Position numbers and translations under genes: made by a program. Below the pieces are notes generated by a model. That model was not told the origin of the DNA and did not search any database. It saw nothing but the letters and a program-made list of their open reading frames with translations. A DNA stretch of 64,000 nt from Candidatus Micrarchaeota archaeon (lineage in GTDB: Archaea > Micrarchaeota > Micrarchaeia > Anstonellales > Anstonellaceae), in assembly GCA_964392435.1 (NCBI GenBank), contig CAYMOY010000002.1, forward strand, positions 116,479-180,478, read 5' to 3'. Shown in pieces: positions 19,075 through 29,081 of this stretch; the stretch's first letter is position 1; every line of letters starts with the position of its first letter.

Positions 19075-21831
19075 ATGAAAGGAATAAACGTGAAGAAGAT
19101 AGCGGCCTTCGCAGGCGCAGCTGTCCTCTTTGGCGCAAGCGTGGCAGTTGCCGACGTAGTGTATGGCAACATGCAGCTTGTTGACCAGAATGGGCAGCCG
19201 ACCGTGAAGGTTGTTGTCGGAAGCAAGGCAGCAATCACCGACGGTGTGGCAGCAGCCAACATCGCGGCGAAGATTGCCAACGAAGCCTACAAAAGCTCGA
19301 CTTTGACCGCCGGCCTCTCAGGTGAGGCGACGTGCAGTGTCGGCACCGGCACGAGCGGGGCAGGAAGCTGCTCGCTTGTCGAAAGCAGCAAGAAAGTGAC
19401 CCTTGAGGTTACCCTTCCAGGCACCATTGCCGGAACGCACACCTTCAAGACACTGATAACAGACACTATCGACAAGACGCTGGCAAACCGCAACAGCACA
19501 AGGGACGAGGACATGTTCGCAGCCCTGAAGAGCTCTTCAGACACTTCGACTGAGACCTCGCCGCTGAGGGCATACAGCGAGAACGGGACCATTGCCAAGA
19601 ACCTGTACAAGATTGGCTCTGGCCAGTTCACCGGATTCGCGGACTTCGCAATCACGGACACCAATTCCGCAGGAACCTCTTATACAGAGGAGCAGGCATT
19701 CTGGATAGGCAGCGGGAATGACGCTGTCAAGTATGACACCGACTCATCGATAAGGGATGTTGCGGTGAACACATACTCTGCAATGGTGTACAGCGCCAAG
19801 TTCGCAGGGAACGACTTCGGAATCCCGGTGTGCACAGGAGGGCTCAGCTCCAACACCACTGACGACTGGACCTCATGCGACTCCAACGGCAACGACATGA
19901 CCGAGAGGCACCGCGTGAAGATAAAGTTCATGGGCTCAGAATGGATAATCTCCGAAATGAAGGACCCGGCAGTTTCCAACCCAAGCCAGACCGCAGTTGT
20001 CAACGGCGGGCAGATAAAGCTGGCAAAGGAGGCCAAGTACGGAATCATCAACGTCGGAGGCGAGCTTGACGCAGGAACGTTCAAGGTCCGCCTGTCAGAC
20101 ATATCAGTCGCAGTCGGCTCTGCAAACGAGCACCCTGCGATAATTGATGTGCTTGACGCCGCAAGCGAGCAGGTCGTGGGGCAGATCCAGGTAACGCCCG
20201 GAACAACCTACACCTTCACGCAGTCTGGAACCAACAACTTGGTGAAGATACACGTGTACAAGACAGCGCCCGGGTTCACCCTGAATGCAAAGTGGGCCGA
20301 GATGGCAGTCTACACGGACGAGGTGACCCTCAAGGACACCAAGACGTACAACCTTGTTTCCTCATCGGACACCAACAAGAACTTCAAGGTGTCGCTTTTG
20401 TGGAAGAACAGGGACTTCCCAGGAGGGGTGCCAAGCGTTGCGGCAGCCAACAAGACCGACTCTCTGCGCCAGATAGTCATCTACGATGTGGACACATTCA
20501 CCGGCAACAAGTACAAGGCAGGGGACGTGTACAGCTTCCTGAAGAGTCCGTCGACCTTCAAGCTGACCTACAACGGAGTTGACCTGACTGACAGCGACTA
20601 CGAACCAGTATCCATCAGCGCGCTTTCGAAGATAAGCAACCTGAGGGTGGCTGTAGGCGCTGGCGGAGACACCGCATGCGCTGACACCAGCGCGGGCGAC
20701 TACTCCTACACCGGAAAGTTCATCCAGGTGAAATCGAACGGCAACCTGTTCGGAGGCTCTGGCCTGCTTGGCAGCTACATGGTCGACAAGTTCTACATCG
20801 ACCCGATTGGAGTGACTGGAGGCAACAGCACCACGCCTAACGGCACACAGGCATATGCGAATTCAACTGCGTATGTACTGTCGCCCAAGATATTCTTCCA
20901 GCCATCAGGACAGAACTGCTGGAAGTATGTCGCCATAACGCCACAGGCAATAACCGGCGTGACTGACTTGGCAAACGCTGTCAAGTTTGAAACGGCTGGA
21001 GACAACAGCGCTGCGTACGGGGCAATCTACCTGAACACCGCAAACGCACAGGCCGGCTTTGACGGGAACATTGTCATGCAGGAGGATGCGGGCAAGGTTG
21101 ACACAGCAAGCAACTACAAAGTTCTGCTTGCAGTGCCTTACAACCTGACTGCGACCGCCACAAGCGACGACCCCTTCAGGTTCAAGAGCTCGGACTCTGC
21201 GACCGCGAAGATCTGGTACAAGGGAATAAGAGATGCCAGCATGTCTGACAAGGAGCTGACCTTTGTGACAGAGCGCGGAACCAAGGCAACCAACCTCGGA
21301 ACCACCGATGCGACAGTAAAGGTGGCAAAGAAGGTTGGAATGCCTACCTTCCAGTTCGCATACTCTGACACCACCGTCTCAACCGGTGCTGACACGTATG
21401 AGCTGAAGGTTGGCGACAGCCAGGTGTTCGGCGGAGTGACTGTCAAGGTGAAGGCAATTGATGCAACCACTGGAAGCTGCTCGGTCCTCGGACCGGGAGG
21501 CGCCCCAGCCTGCACAGTTGACTCCAGCGCAGTAGGCGCGGTCATCAAGCCGGACAATGCCGCATCTGTGGAAGTGAGCCAGCCCGTCAAGCTGCAAAGC
21601 AAGCTTGTGGTCATGGACACTGCCGCATCAGGCATAGGCCCGGTGATCACAGTGGGAGGCCCACTGGTGAACACGGTGACTGCGGACGCGCTGAAGGACG
21701 CTGCTGTTGACTTCAACACCATGCCGGTGTACGTCAAGGAAATCGGCAACAAGATAGTGGTTGCCGGTAAGACCGCTGACGACACGATGGCTGCAGCAGA
21801 CGCCTTCATAAGGGACGTCAAGAGGCAGTAA
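19075..21831 (+). CDS. S-layer-like surface (glyco)protein, 918 aa
   Basis: Sec signal peptide MKGINVKKIAAFAGAAVLFGASVAVA; Thr/Ser/Asn/Gly-rich with many N-x-S/T sequons; GAGGTG before ATG; strong double-hairpin terminator after stop. Confidence 0.55.
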   Translation: MKGINVKKIAAFAGAAVLFGASVAVADVVYGNMQLVDQNGQPTVKVVVGSKAAITDGVAAANIAAKIANEAYKSSTLTAGLSGEATCSVGTGTSGAGSCSLVESSKKVTLEVTLPGTIAGTHTFKTLITDTIDKTLANRNSTRDEDMFAALKSSSDTSTETSPLRAYSENGTIAKNLYKIGSGQFTGFADFAITDTNSAGTSYTEEQAFWIGSGNDAVKYDTDSSIRDVAVNTYSAMVYSAKFAGNDFGIPVCTGGLSSNTTDDWTSCDSNGNDMTERHRVKIKFMGSEWIISEMKDPAVSNPSQTAVVNGGQIKLAKEAKYGIINVGGELDAGTFKVRLSDISVAVGSANEHPAIIDVLDAASEQVVGQIQVTPGTTYTFTQSGTNNLVKIHVYKTAPGFTLNAKWAEMAVYTDEVTLKDTKTYNLVSSSDTNKNFKVSLLWKNRDFPGGVPSVAAANKTDSLRQIVIYDVDTFTGNKYKAGDVYSFLKSPSTFKLTYNGVDLTDSDYEPVSISALSKISNLRVAVGAGGDTACADTSAGDYSYTGKFIQVKSNGNLFGGSGLLGSYMVDKFYIDPIGVTGGNSTTPNGTQAYANSTAYVLSPKIFFQPSGQNCWKYVAITPQAITGVTDLANAVKFETAGDNSAAYGAIYLNTANAQAGFDGNIVMQEDAGKVDTASNYKVLLAVPYNLTATATSDDPFRFKSSDSATAKIWYKGIRDASMSDKELTFVTERGTKATNLGTTDATVKVAKKVGMPTFQFAYSDTTVSTGADTYELKVGDSQVFGGVTVKVKAIDATTGSCSVLGPGGAPACTVDSSAVGAVIKPDNAASVEVSQPVKLQSKLVVMDTAASGIGPVITVGGPLVNTVTADALKDAAVDFNTMPVYVKEIGNKIVVAGKTADDTMAAADAFIRDVKRQ

Positions 21832-21840
21832 GTCTAAATT

Positions 21841-21910
21841 TCGGGGGGGAAACTCCCCGAACCCCCTTTTTTCTTTTTTTGACCGGCGTGGCGCGAAAGC
21901 GCCACGCCTG
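21841..21910 (+). terminator. tandem stem-loops plus T-tract after the surface-protein gene
   Basis: tcgggggggaaactccccga followed by cccttttttcttttttt, then perfect hairpin ggcgtggcgcgaaagcgccacgcc. Confidence 0.5.
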
Positions 21911-22182
21911 GAATATTTACATCCAGCAGCGGAAGCAGCGCGCCTTTGCCCTAAGAAAACCGATTCGTTGTCCAAAGACGGAGGAAACGGAAGGGCTTGA
22001 GGAAGGCAACTTTTGACCTGTTGGGGGCTGATTTCCAGATGCAGATGATTGATGCTGGCTCGCCAGGGTTCCGGCGCTATTTTTTCCACTGCCCGCCACT
22101 ATAATATAGTTATATAAATTCTGGGCGGGCAATTTTAGCGCCTGCGCTGATGCGACCCGCGATGGGCTGATGGTGATTTGCA

Positions 22183-24285
22183 ATGAAAACGCCCTATCTT
22201 TTTGCCTGCCTTGCAGTGATGCTAAGCATTTCGTTTGCGGCATTCAGCCTTTCCCCCTACCTTTATTCCGGGGAAACCGAATCCATGCTCAATTACACCT
22301 CTTTCCCAACCTCAAACGGAACCGCGAAGCTGGTGAGGATAAGCGGGGCTGAGACCTTCCTTCTCCTGGACGAGAAGATGCTGACGGACACGGCGCAAAT
22401 CAAGGGGATACTGGGCGAATACTATTCCAAGAACTTTTACCCCTCGCAAGAGGAGCTTGCCGAAGTGCAAAACTACGCGCTTTTATTCAACAAAAGCCGC
22501 AATTACCAGACTCGTTTTGGGCCTGCTGAGAAGACCTGCATGACAGGGGGAACCTTCCTTTCTTACAAGCCCTGCAACGACATGGCGACTTGCTTGCAGA
22601 CAGCTTCGCTGGTCTGCTCAATAACAGGCTCGGAGGGGTGCATAGTCGATTTGCTCGCCACGCACATCCTTGCATACAAAAAAGCGGTGGACAAGCTTGT
22701 CTTGGCTGACGCAAAGTTCACAGCCGCGTATGCCGGAGCCGGGCCTTCGAACATAGCAAGCTCGCTTGCCCAGATGGAGGAGGCATTCGCGCTTATGAAA
22801 AGCGGGGCGGACGATGTTTCCCAAAGCAAGCTGCGCTTCCCGGATGGGGGCTACACCGCCTGCAGGGACTGCCTTGGCATCTGCCCGGACTCGCACTTCG
22901 ACTATAGCGCGATAACCTCAGGGCAGAAGCTGGTGGCGCAGCTTAAGGAGAAAAGCGCCTATTTCGCGATGCTAGATGTTACTGTGGACAGGATTTCAGT
23001 TTCAACGCAGGAGAGGCAGAAATACCGCTCTGGCGAGGAAACGCTGGTGATTTACAAGCCAAAGTTCGAGTCTGCCAAGGCTTCTTTTGCCGGGATGGAG
23101 GCGCAGGCGGTCGAGGCAAAAGCCCTGGTTTCAGACAGCGACTTTGTCTCTGCGGCAAACTCGTTTTTGGGCAGGCAGGATGAGCTTTCGCAGAAACTGG
23201 AAAAGCGGGATTTTTCAGGCTTTGACGCCCTGCTTTCCAGCTACATATCATCGGGCAAGGCGCTTGCCATGATGGTCAACAATTCCACTGTTGCATATCA
23301 GGAGGCGCTTGGTTCGCAGGACGATTCCGGCGATTACATAATAAAGGCCCAGTGGAGGGTGAACCGGCTCTCCAAGGCTTCTGTGGATTCCTACAACTCG
23401 CTGGCAGAAAGAAAAAACCGGCTGGACGCGCAGTTCAAGCCCCCAATGACCTCAGCCCAGTACCTTGCACTTGCCTCAAGCTTCGACAATCTGACCATCG
23501 ATGCCAAGACGTATGTTGCCGCCTCCACCTCATTCCAGGACTCGATTTTCGGGATGGGCAACAGCCTGGGACGGGCGAGCGTGGATGGGGCGATGGGCAT
23601 TGCGGCAAGCATGGCGCCAGTATCTTTCAAGACACGCCAAAGCGTGGCAAAATACGTGCCGATGCTGGTTGTCGGGACCATTGACCTGGCAATGCTTGCA
23701 TTGGGGATAATGCTTTTCGTTGGCGCGTTCTATTATTTCCACGGATTTTTCAAAAGCAAGCTGGCGATATCAGGCTGGGCGCTGACGCTGCTTGGCTTTG
23801 TCTTTGTGCTCCTGGTGGGCTCGGTCGGGGTGTACAGCATAATAGCCAACAGCGACCGGTTCGTGTCCTTCACCGAATTCATGGACACCATCAAGGCTTC
23901 GGACAGCGCAGTTGTGATTGTGGAGGAGACCGGCTTGCCCGAGTCCACAGTCAAGGCGATGCGTGATTGCGCAGGGCAGATTGAGATGCAGCTGAGGCTG
24001 ATGGGCAAGACCACCAGCAAATACTACATAGGCGGCAGCCTGTGCAGCTCCGTCATACCCAGGCAGTCCAATGGCACGAATTACACGTATGAGGTGAAAA
24101 ACGGGCGCGCCGCGCAGGAATGCCTGGACTCGATACCAGATACCCCGGTTTTCGACCTGCAATACTCGAATGAGAACCAGCCGCCCTCATTCACAACCGT
24201 GGTCACGAAATCGGCCATAATAAAGGGCAACGAAGGCTACTATGGCAAGATGCCAATGTGCGACCCGGCAAACGTTCTTGGCTGA
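22183..24285 (+). CDS. secreted/membrane-anchored protein (700 aa) with signal peptide and C-proximal TM helices
   Basis: MKTPYLFACLAVMLSISFAAFS signal; hydrophobic VPMLVVGTIDLAMLALGIMLFVGAFYYF and ALTLLGFVFVLLVGSVGVY near residue 480-550. Confidence 0.45.
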   Translation: MKTPYLFACLAVMLSISFAAFSLSPYLYSGETESMLNYTSFPTSNGTAKLVRISGAETFLLLDEKMLTDTAQIKGILGEYYSKNFYPSQEELAEVQNYALLFNKSRNYQTRFGPAEKTCMTGGTFLSYKPCNDMATCLQTASLVCSITGSEGCIVDLLATHILAYKKAVDKLVLADAKFTAAYAGAGPSNIASSLAQMEEAFALMKSGADDVSQSKLRFPDGGYTACRDCLGICPDSHFDYSAITSGQKLVAQLKEKSAYFAMLDVTVDRISVSTQERQKYRSGEETLVIYKPKFESAKASFAGMEAQAVEAKALVSDSDFVSAANSFLGRQDELSQKLEKRDFSGFDALLSSYISSGKALAMMVNNSTVAYQEALGSQDDSGDYIIKAQWRVNRLSKASVDSYNSLAERKNRLDAQFKPPMTSAQYLALASSFDNLTIDAKTYVAASTSFQDSIFGMGNSLGRASVDGAMGIAASMAPVSFKTRQSVAKYVPMLVVGTIDLAMLALGIMLFVGAFYYFHGFFKSKLAISGWALTLLGFVFVLLVGSVGVYSIIANSDRFVSFTEFMDTIKASDSAVVIVEETGLPESTVKAMRDCAGQIEMQLRLMGKTTSKYYIGGSLCSSVIPRQSNGTNYTYEVKNGRAAQECLDSIPDTPVFDLQYSNENQPPSFTTVVTKSAIIKGNEGYYGKMPMCDPANVLG

Positions 24286-24296
24286 AAGGCGATGCC

Positions 24297-24767
24297 ATGA
24301 AGATATCTGAAAAGGACAAGCAGGCTGCGTTTGCGCTTTTGGTTCTATCCGCCGCAGCATTTATCGCATATGCCCTATTTATTGCCGAGCCTGCGGACAA
24401 GCCCGCCAGCCTGGAGGCTTTCGTAGCAAGCGCGGCTGCATCCCCAAAGATAGGGCTTTTCCTGGACGGGCGGGGGGCAAGCGGGCAAACCGTGATTCTG
24501 ATAGGCCAGTGCGGCACGGACCTTGCCTCAGGGCGGCTTTTAGGAAGCCATGTTGTTGAAACCTACGGCTGCGATGATAATGGTTGCATTTCAACCAGCT
24601 CGGCTGGAAACGGCTCATCGAAGATGACTTATGAGCAGGTGAGGAAGAAGCTGCGCGAAGTGCCCTATGTGGAAATCAGCGCAGGAACGCCGTCCACCCT
24701 GTTTTTTGAGCGCCACATGGAAATCCGCCTGGACGAAGGCTACAACGCGAGCTGCCGAATCGGCTGA
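24297..24767 (+). CDS. small N-terminally anchored protein
   Basis: MKISEKDKQAAFALLVLSAAAFIAYALFIA then soluble domain; start chosen after upstream stop. Confidence 0.3.
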   Translation: MKISEKDKQAAFALLVLSAAAFIAYALFIAEPADKPASLEAFVASAAASPKIGLFLDGRGASGQTVILIGQCGTDLASGRLLGSHVVETYGCDDNGCISTSSAGNGSSKMTYEQVRKKLREVPYVEISAGTPSTLFFERHMEIRLDEGYNASCRIG

Positions 24768-24809
24768 GGACAGGAACCGTTTTAATTCTTCGATTTCATT
24801 TCTTGCCGC

Positions 24810-25874
24810 ATGGACATAGAGGAAAAGATTGCGCTTGCCAAGAAAAGCCCGATTTGCGAAATAGTCACAGAAGGCGAGCTGCGCTCCCTTTTCGAGTCAA
24901 ACGACCGCCCAAGGCACTACATCGGGTTTGAAATATCCGGAAAAGTCCACCTTGGGAGCGGGCTTCTGACCTCGCTGATACTTGGGGACTTCATCTCCGC
25001 CGGCATAAAGCCCACCATATTCCTGGCGGACTACCACGCCTGGATAAACGGGAAGATGGGCGGGGACTTGGAAAAGATACAACGGGTGGCAAAAGGCTAT
25101 TTCAAATCTGCCTTCATCTCATTGGGGCTGGCAGAGGACAAGGTCAGCTATGTGCTCGCCTCCGATCTTTACGACAAGGATTACTGGAAGGAGGTGCTTG
25201 CCATCTCCAAGGACACCACCATGTCCCGCATGCTGCGCTGCACCACCATAATGGGCAGGACGCAGAAGGACGCGCTGGACTGCGCTTCTGTTTTGTACCC
25301 AGCAATGCAGGCGGCTGATATTTCCATGCTTGGCGTGGACATCGCCCACGCGGGCATTGACCAGAGAAAAGTGCACATGCTTTCGCGCGAGGTGGCTGAA
25401 AAGCACGGGAAGAAAAAGGCCGTTGCAGTGCACCACAAGCTTTTGATGGGCCTGCAAGGCCCGCAGAAGATGGGCTTTGAGGAAAGCGCGGCAGACGACC
25501 TTGCGATTTCCTCGAAAATGAGCAAGAGCAAGCCTGACTCCTGCATATTCATACATGACTCGGAGGAGGAAATCCGGCGAAAGCTGCGCGGGGCATACTG
25601 CCCTGAGAAAAATGCGGAGGGCAACCCTGTGCTTGAGATGTGCGAGAACTTCATATTCAGGGGCGACAAGTCTGCGCTCAAAGTTTCCCGCCCTGCGAAA
25701 TTCGGGGGGGATGCTGAATTTGCCTCCTACAAAGAGCTTGAGATGGCATACATCAGCGGGAAGCTGCACCCCACAGACCTCAAGGGCGCAACCGCAGAGG
25801 CGCTTGCGAAAATGCTGGAGCAGCCGCGCAAGTATTTCGAGAGGCATCCTGAGCTTCTGGCGCAGGTCGGTTAG
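24810..25874 (+). CDS. tyrS: tyrosyl-tRNA synthetase (archaeal type)
   Basis: HIGFEISGKVHLGSGL (HIGH-like), KMSKSKPDS (KMSKS), typical ~350-aa archaeal TyrRS layout. Confidence 0.85.
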   Translation: MDIEEKIALAKKSPICEIVTEGELRSLFESNDRPRHYIGFEISGKVHLGSGLLTSLILGDFISAGIKPTIFLADYHAWINGKMGGDLEKIQRVAKGYFKSAFISLGLAEDKVSYVLASDLYDKDYWKEVLAISKDTTMSRMLRCTTIMGRTQKDALDCASVLYPAMQAADISMLGVDIAHAGIDQRKVHMLSREVAEKHGKKKAVAVHHKLLMGLQGPQKMGFEESAADDLAISSKMSKSKPDSCIFIHDSEEEIRRKLRGAYCPEKNAEGNPVLEMCENFIFRGDKSALKVSRPAKFGGDAEFASYKELEMAYISGKLHPTDLKGATAEALAKMLEQPRKYFERHPELLAQVG

Positions 25875-25933
25875 GGCAGAGGGAACCGAGAACGAAAAAT
25901 AGACCGGTTTAAATCCTTTTTCTTCGAAGGGGC

Positions 25934-27751
25934 TTGGGAGATTGGATGAGGAGAGCAACCTACTCTTTTGCATTCCTAGCCCTGCTGCTGCTTTTTTCCA
26001 GCCTTGCAGCCGCCTCGTGCCCAACTGCGAAGAGGCAGATATACCTTGCTGCAGTCACTGGAGAGTCCTCAGGTGGGATTTTCCAGCTCCAGGTGGAGCT
26101 GCGGCCAGGCAACGGGACAGTATATACCGCCATAACGCCCCGCACCGGCTTTTCCACCCAGGAGTCCGAGATGGATGCGGTAAATTACGCATTTGCTTCC
26201 GCAGGGGCGGACCTTGGCGGCTGCGATGTTATGTTCAGCATGAGAGGCGATTTTGGGGACAACACCGTGGACGGGCCTTCTGCCGGAGGGGCGATGGCAA
26301 TTGCCACCAAAGCTGCCCTCCTGAATCTGGCGATAAGGCAGGACGCGGCGATGACAGGCACTGTTTCCAAGGACGGGAAGGTGGGCGAAGTCGGGGGAAT
26401 AATAGAAAAGGCAATCGCGGCCGCAGACTCAGGCACAAGATATTTCGTGGTGCCCAAGCTGAAAGTGTATGAGGCGCTGCTGATTTCATCGGTTTCCCGC
26501 AAATACGATTTTGCCGCGATAGAGGCGGCCAGCCTGCAGGATGCTGAAAAAGTCATGTTCTCCAATTACACGGAAAAATTCAGCTCAAATTTCTCCCCGG
26601 AAAGCAAGCCCATTCCCCTTCAGCTTCCGAAGCTTTCCGTGGATGCCCAAACAGGCAGGTTCACATTGGTTGCAAAAAAAGTGGTGGACAGCCTGGATGC
26701 GACTGTCAGCGCGGTCTTTTTTGGGCAGAATGAGAATGAGGCGGGCAGGCAATTGCACAAATACTTCGCCGATGAGCTTTCCAAATACCGGACACTTTTG
26801 GCCATGGGCTATCCTTTCACTGCGGCAAACTCCGCGTTCCTGCTTTCGATAGATGCCCAATACGCGAAGATAGGCGACAGGCAGGTGGACATAAACGGCA
26901 GCTTTTCAGATGTTCAGGATTGCGTTATGGGGCTGGAAAAGCCTGAAAAGACCATGGAGAATTTCCAATGGGCGATTGGGAGCGACCTTCGCAGGACTTG
27001 GGCGGCAAAAAAACTGAACGAGACTGAGGATGGACGAAGCGAGCACGGGGGGTATGTGACCTTGCGCGATTTGCTTTTTGCCAACAGCTGGTGCGGGATT
27101 TCCAGCGAGCTGTCATTGCAGGCAGATGATGTGGGGGGGCAAAAGGTGGATGAGGGCGCGCTTGCCAGCCTTGCATCTCAGAAGCTTTCTGAGGCTGAAT
27201 CTGTGCTGGTTTCAGCCGCCAAGCCCGACTATGATGCTCTTTGGCATTACGAGAACGGCCTTGAGGCAAACCAAAGCGGGGAATACGGGGCTGCGATATA
27301 CGAGGCCACCTACGCTGCCACCATGCAAAGGATAACCTCGGATGAGAAGGTGAACGCCAGCATGGCCGCCCAGAATCTTATGGGAAGGGGGGGAAACTCC
27401 CTTTGGGGCAAGATATATTACGCGCAGGGAGTCTACCTGTACCATGATGCGCTTGAGAACGGGGCTTTGCCCAATGATGCTTACAGGATACTCAAATACT
27501 CGTCCGAGCTTGATGCCGCCTCTGCAGAGATTGACAGAGCACTTGAGCTTTCGCTGCAGAATGGTTCTGCCAAAGCAGATGGGGAGGGGCAGTTAAAGAC
27601 CGATGGCCAAAAAAAGCCAAAGCCAGCAAGTGAGGAAAACCCGGCACTTTTGCTCCTCATCGCACTGTGCCTTGGCCTGACCGGGGCTGCCGCAGTGTGG
27701 AGGCTTGCGAAAAAGGGAAGCAAGATAAGCATTGGGAAACCGAAGTGGTGA
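25934..27751 (+). CDS. extracytoplasmic S16 (Lon-like) peptidase-domain protein with signal peptide and C-terminal TM anchor
   Basis: DGPSAGGAMAIATKAAL...TGTVSKDGKVGEVGGIIEKAIAAADSG (Lon proteolytic Ser-Lys dyad region); N-term FAFLALLLLFSSLAAAS; C-term PALLLLIALCLGLTGAAAVW. Confidence 0.55.
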   Translation: MGDWMRRATYSFAFLALLLLFSSLAAASCPTAKRQIYLAAVTGESSGGIFQLQVELRPGNGTVYTAITPRTGFSTQESEMDAVNYAFASAGADLGGCDVMFSMRGDFGDNTVDGPSAGGAMAIATKAALLNLAIRQDAAMTGTVSKDGKVGEVGGIIEKAIAAADSGTRYFVVPKLKVYEALLISSVSRKYDFAAIEAASLQDAEKVMFSNYTEKFSSNFSPESKPIPLQLPKLSVDAQTGRFTLVAKKVVDSLDATVSAVFFGQNENEAGRQLHKYFADELSKYRTLLAMGYPFTAANSAFLLSIDAQYAKIGDRQVDINGSFSDVQDCVMGLEKPEKTMENFQWAIGSDLRRTWAAKKLNETEDGRSEHGGYVTLRDLLFANSWCGISSELSLQADDVGGQKVDEGALASLASQKLSEAESVLVSAAKPDYDALWHYENGLEANQSGEYGAAIYEATYAATMQRITSDEKVNASMAAQNLMGRGGNSLWGKIYYAQGVYLYHDALENGALPNDAYRILKYSSELDAASAEIDRALELSLQNGSAKADGEGQLKTDGQKKPKPASEENPALLLLIALCLGLTGAAAVWRLAKKGSKISIGKPKW

Positions 27752-27752
27752 C

Positions 27753-28988
27753 ATGCAGATTTCGCAGTGCTCCAAAACCCTGAAGGAGGAATATCCGGCA
27801 GTAAAGAAAGTGGCCCTTGCCTACTCCGGAGGGCTGGACTCGGCTGTTGCCGCAAAGCTTCTTTTAGATGCGGATTTTGAAGTCCTGCCGATTGTCGTCA
27901 ACTTGGGGCAGCAGTCTGATTTTCCCCGAATAGTTTCAAATGCGAAAAAGCTTATTGGCCGCAGCAGAAGCGTTGACCAAAGAGAGCTGTTCGCCCAAAA
28001 CGCGATGAGGGCCATCAAAGCCAATTTCGGCTCTGATGGCAAGCTCAACCCAGGGGGCATTTCCAGGCCAGCCCTTGCCGCGGCACTTGTTAAGGAGGCC
28101 CGTGCCAGCGGCTGCCAGGCAATCGCCCACGGCTCATCAGGGACTGGCAACGAGCATCTTGTGATGGAAAATGCGCTTCGGACCCTTGCGCCGGAGATGA
28201 GGATAATCGCGCCTGTGCGGGATTTCGACCTGCGCCGGGATGATGAGCTTCTGTTTGCAGCCAGGAAAACGCTTCCGACCAATCTGAAGCGGGCAAGGGG
28301 CTTTTCTGCGGATGAGAACCTATGGGGCAGGACAATCCGGCAGGGTTTTGCAATCGACCCGGATTTGCCCTTGCCCGAAAAAGCGTACAAATGGACGGTC
28401 TGCCCAAAGAATGCGCCTGCAAAGCCTGCAAGCGTTGAGATTGAGTTTTCCGGCGGGGCGCCCGATGCGGCAGTCATAAACGGGGAACGGGTGCAGGGGC
28501 CGGACACGATATTCCACCAGCTCAACAAGATAGGCGGCAAGCACGGTGTGGGCAGGGCAGACTCGCTTGAGGACAAGGCAGTGGGGCTCAAAACCCGCGA
28601 AGCATACGAATGCCCTGCCGCGATGATATTGCTATGTGCGCACAGGCAGCTGGAAGCATTAACGCTCACCACACGCGAGCTTGAGGCAAAAGCGCAATCA
28701 GATGCCATTTGGGCAAGGCTGGTGCGCGAGGGGGGCTGGTACACCCGGCTGCGCCGCGCCCTCGACGCATTCACAGATGAGCTGGAGCGGCCTGTGGAAG
28801 GCAAGGTGTCACTTGAGATTTACAGGGGGGGCATAAGCGTGAGGGGGAGGAAAAGCCGCCACGCGCTTTACGACAGCCGCCTTTCCGCAAGGGACAATAG
28901 GGGAGTTTTTTCGCAGAAAGAAGCCAGGCAGTTTGCCAAGCTTTACGGGCTGCAGGAAGTGATGGCATACTTGGTGGATTCCGACTGA
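27753..28988 (+). CDS. argG: argininosuccinate synthase
   Basis: VALAYSGGLDSAVAAKLL (PP-loop), AHGSSGTGNEHL, IIAPVRDFDL, NKIGGKHGVGRADSLEDKAVGLKTREAYECPAAMIL; collinear with ArgG along its length. Confidence 0.8.
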   Translation: MQISQCSKTLKEEYPAVKKVALAYSGGLDSAVAAKLLLDADFEVLPIVVNLGQQSDFPRIVSNAKKLIGRSRSVDQRELFAQNAMRAIKANFGSDGKLNPGGISRPALAAALVKEARASGCQAIAHGSSGTGNEHLVMENALRTLAPEMRIIAPVRDFDLRRDDELLFAARKTLPTNLKRARGFSADENLWGRTIRQGFAIDPDLPLPEKAYKWTVCPKNAPAKPASVEIEFSGGAPDAAVINGERVQGPDTIFHQLNKIGGKHGVGRADSLEDKAVGLKTREAYECPAAMILLCAHRQLEALTLTTRELEAKAQSDAIWARLVREGGWYTRLRRALDAFTDELERPVEGKVSLEIYRGGISVRGRKSRHALYDSRLSARDNRGVFSQKEARQFAKLYGLQEVMAYLVDSD

Positions 28989-29081
28989 CTGCGCGGGGGG
29001 CGCAAGCTATTTAAAGACAATTTTGCATAAAGAACAACATATGAAAAATTCGGTTAATCGACATGATGCGAGGCTGACGAT

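Noticed and set aside
21138-22089. Minus ORFs 21138..21821 and 21628..22089 overlapping the surface-protein 3' end
   Set aside because: Thr/Ser/Ala-rich mirror of the glycoprotein gene; no independent signals.
25119-26024. 301-aa minus-strand ORF opposite tyrS
   Set aside because: Antisense to an unambiguous TyrRS (HIGH/KMSKS); composition Arg/Leu/Ala-biased.
27821-28804. 327-aa minus ORF opposite argG
   Set aside because: Antisense; ArgG frame conserved end to end.
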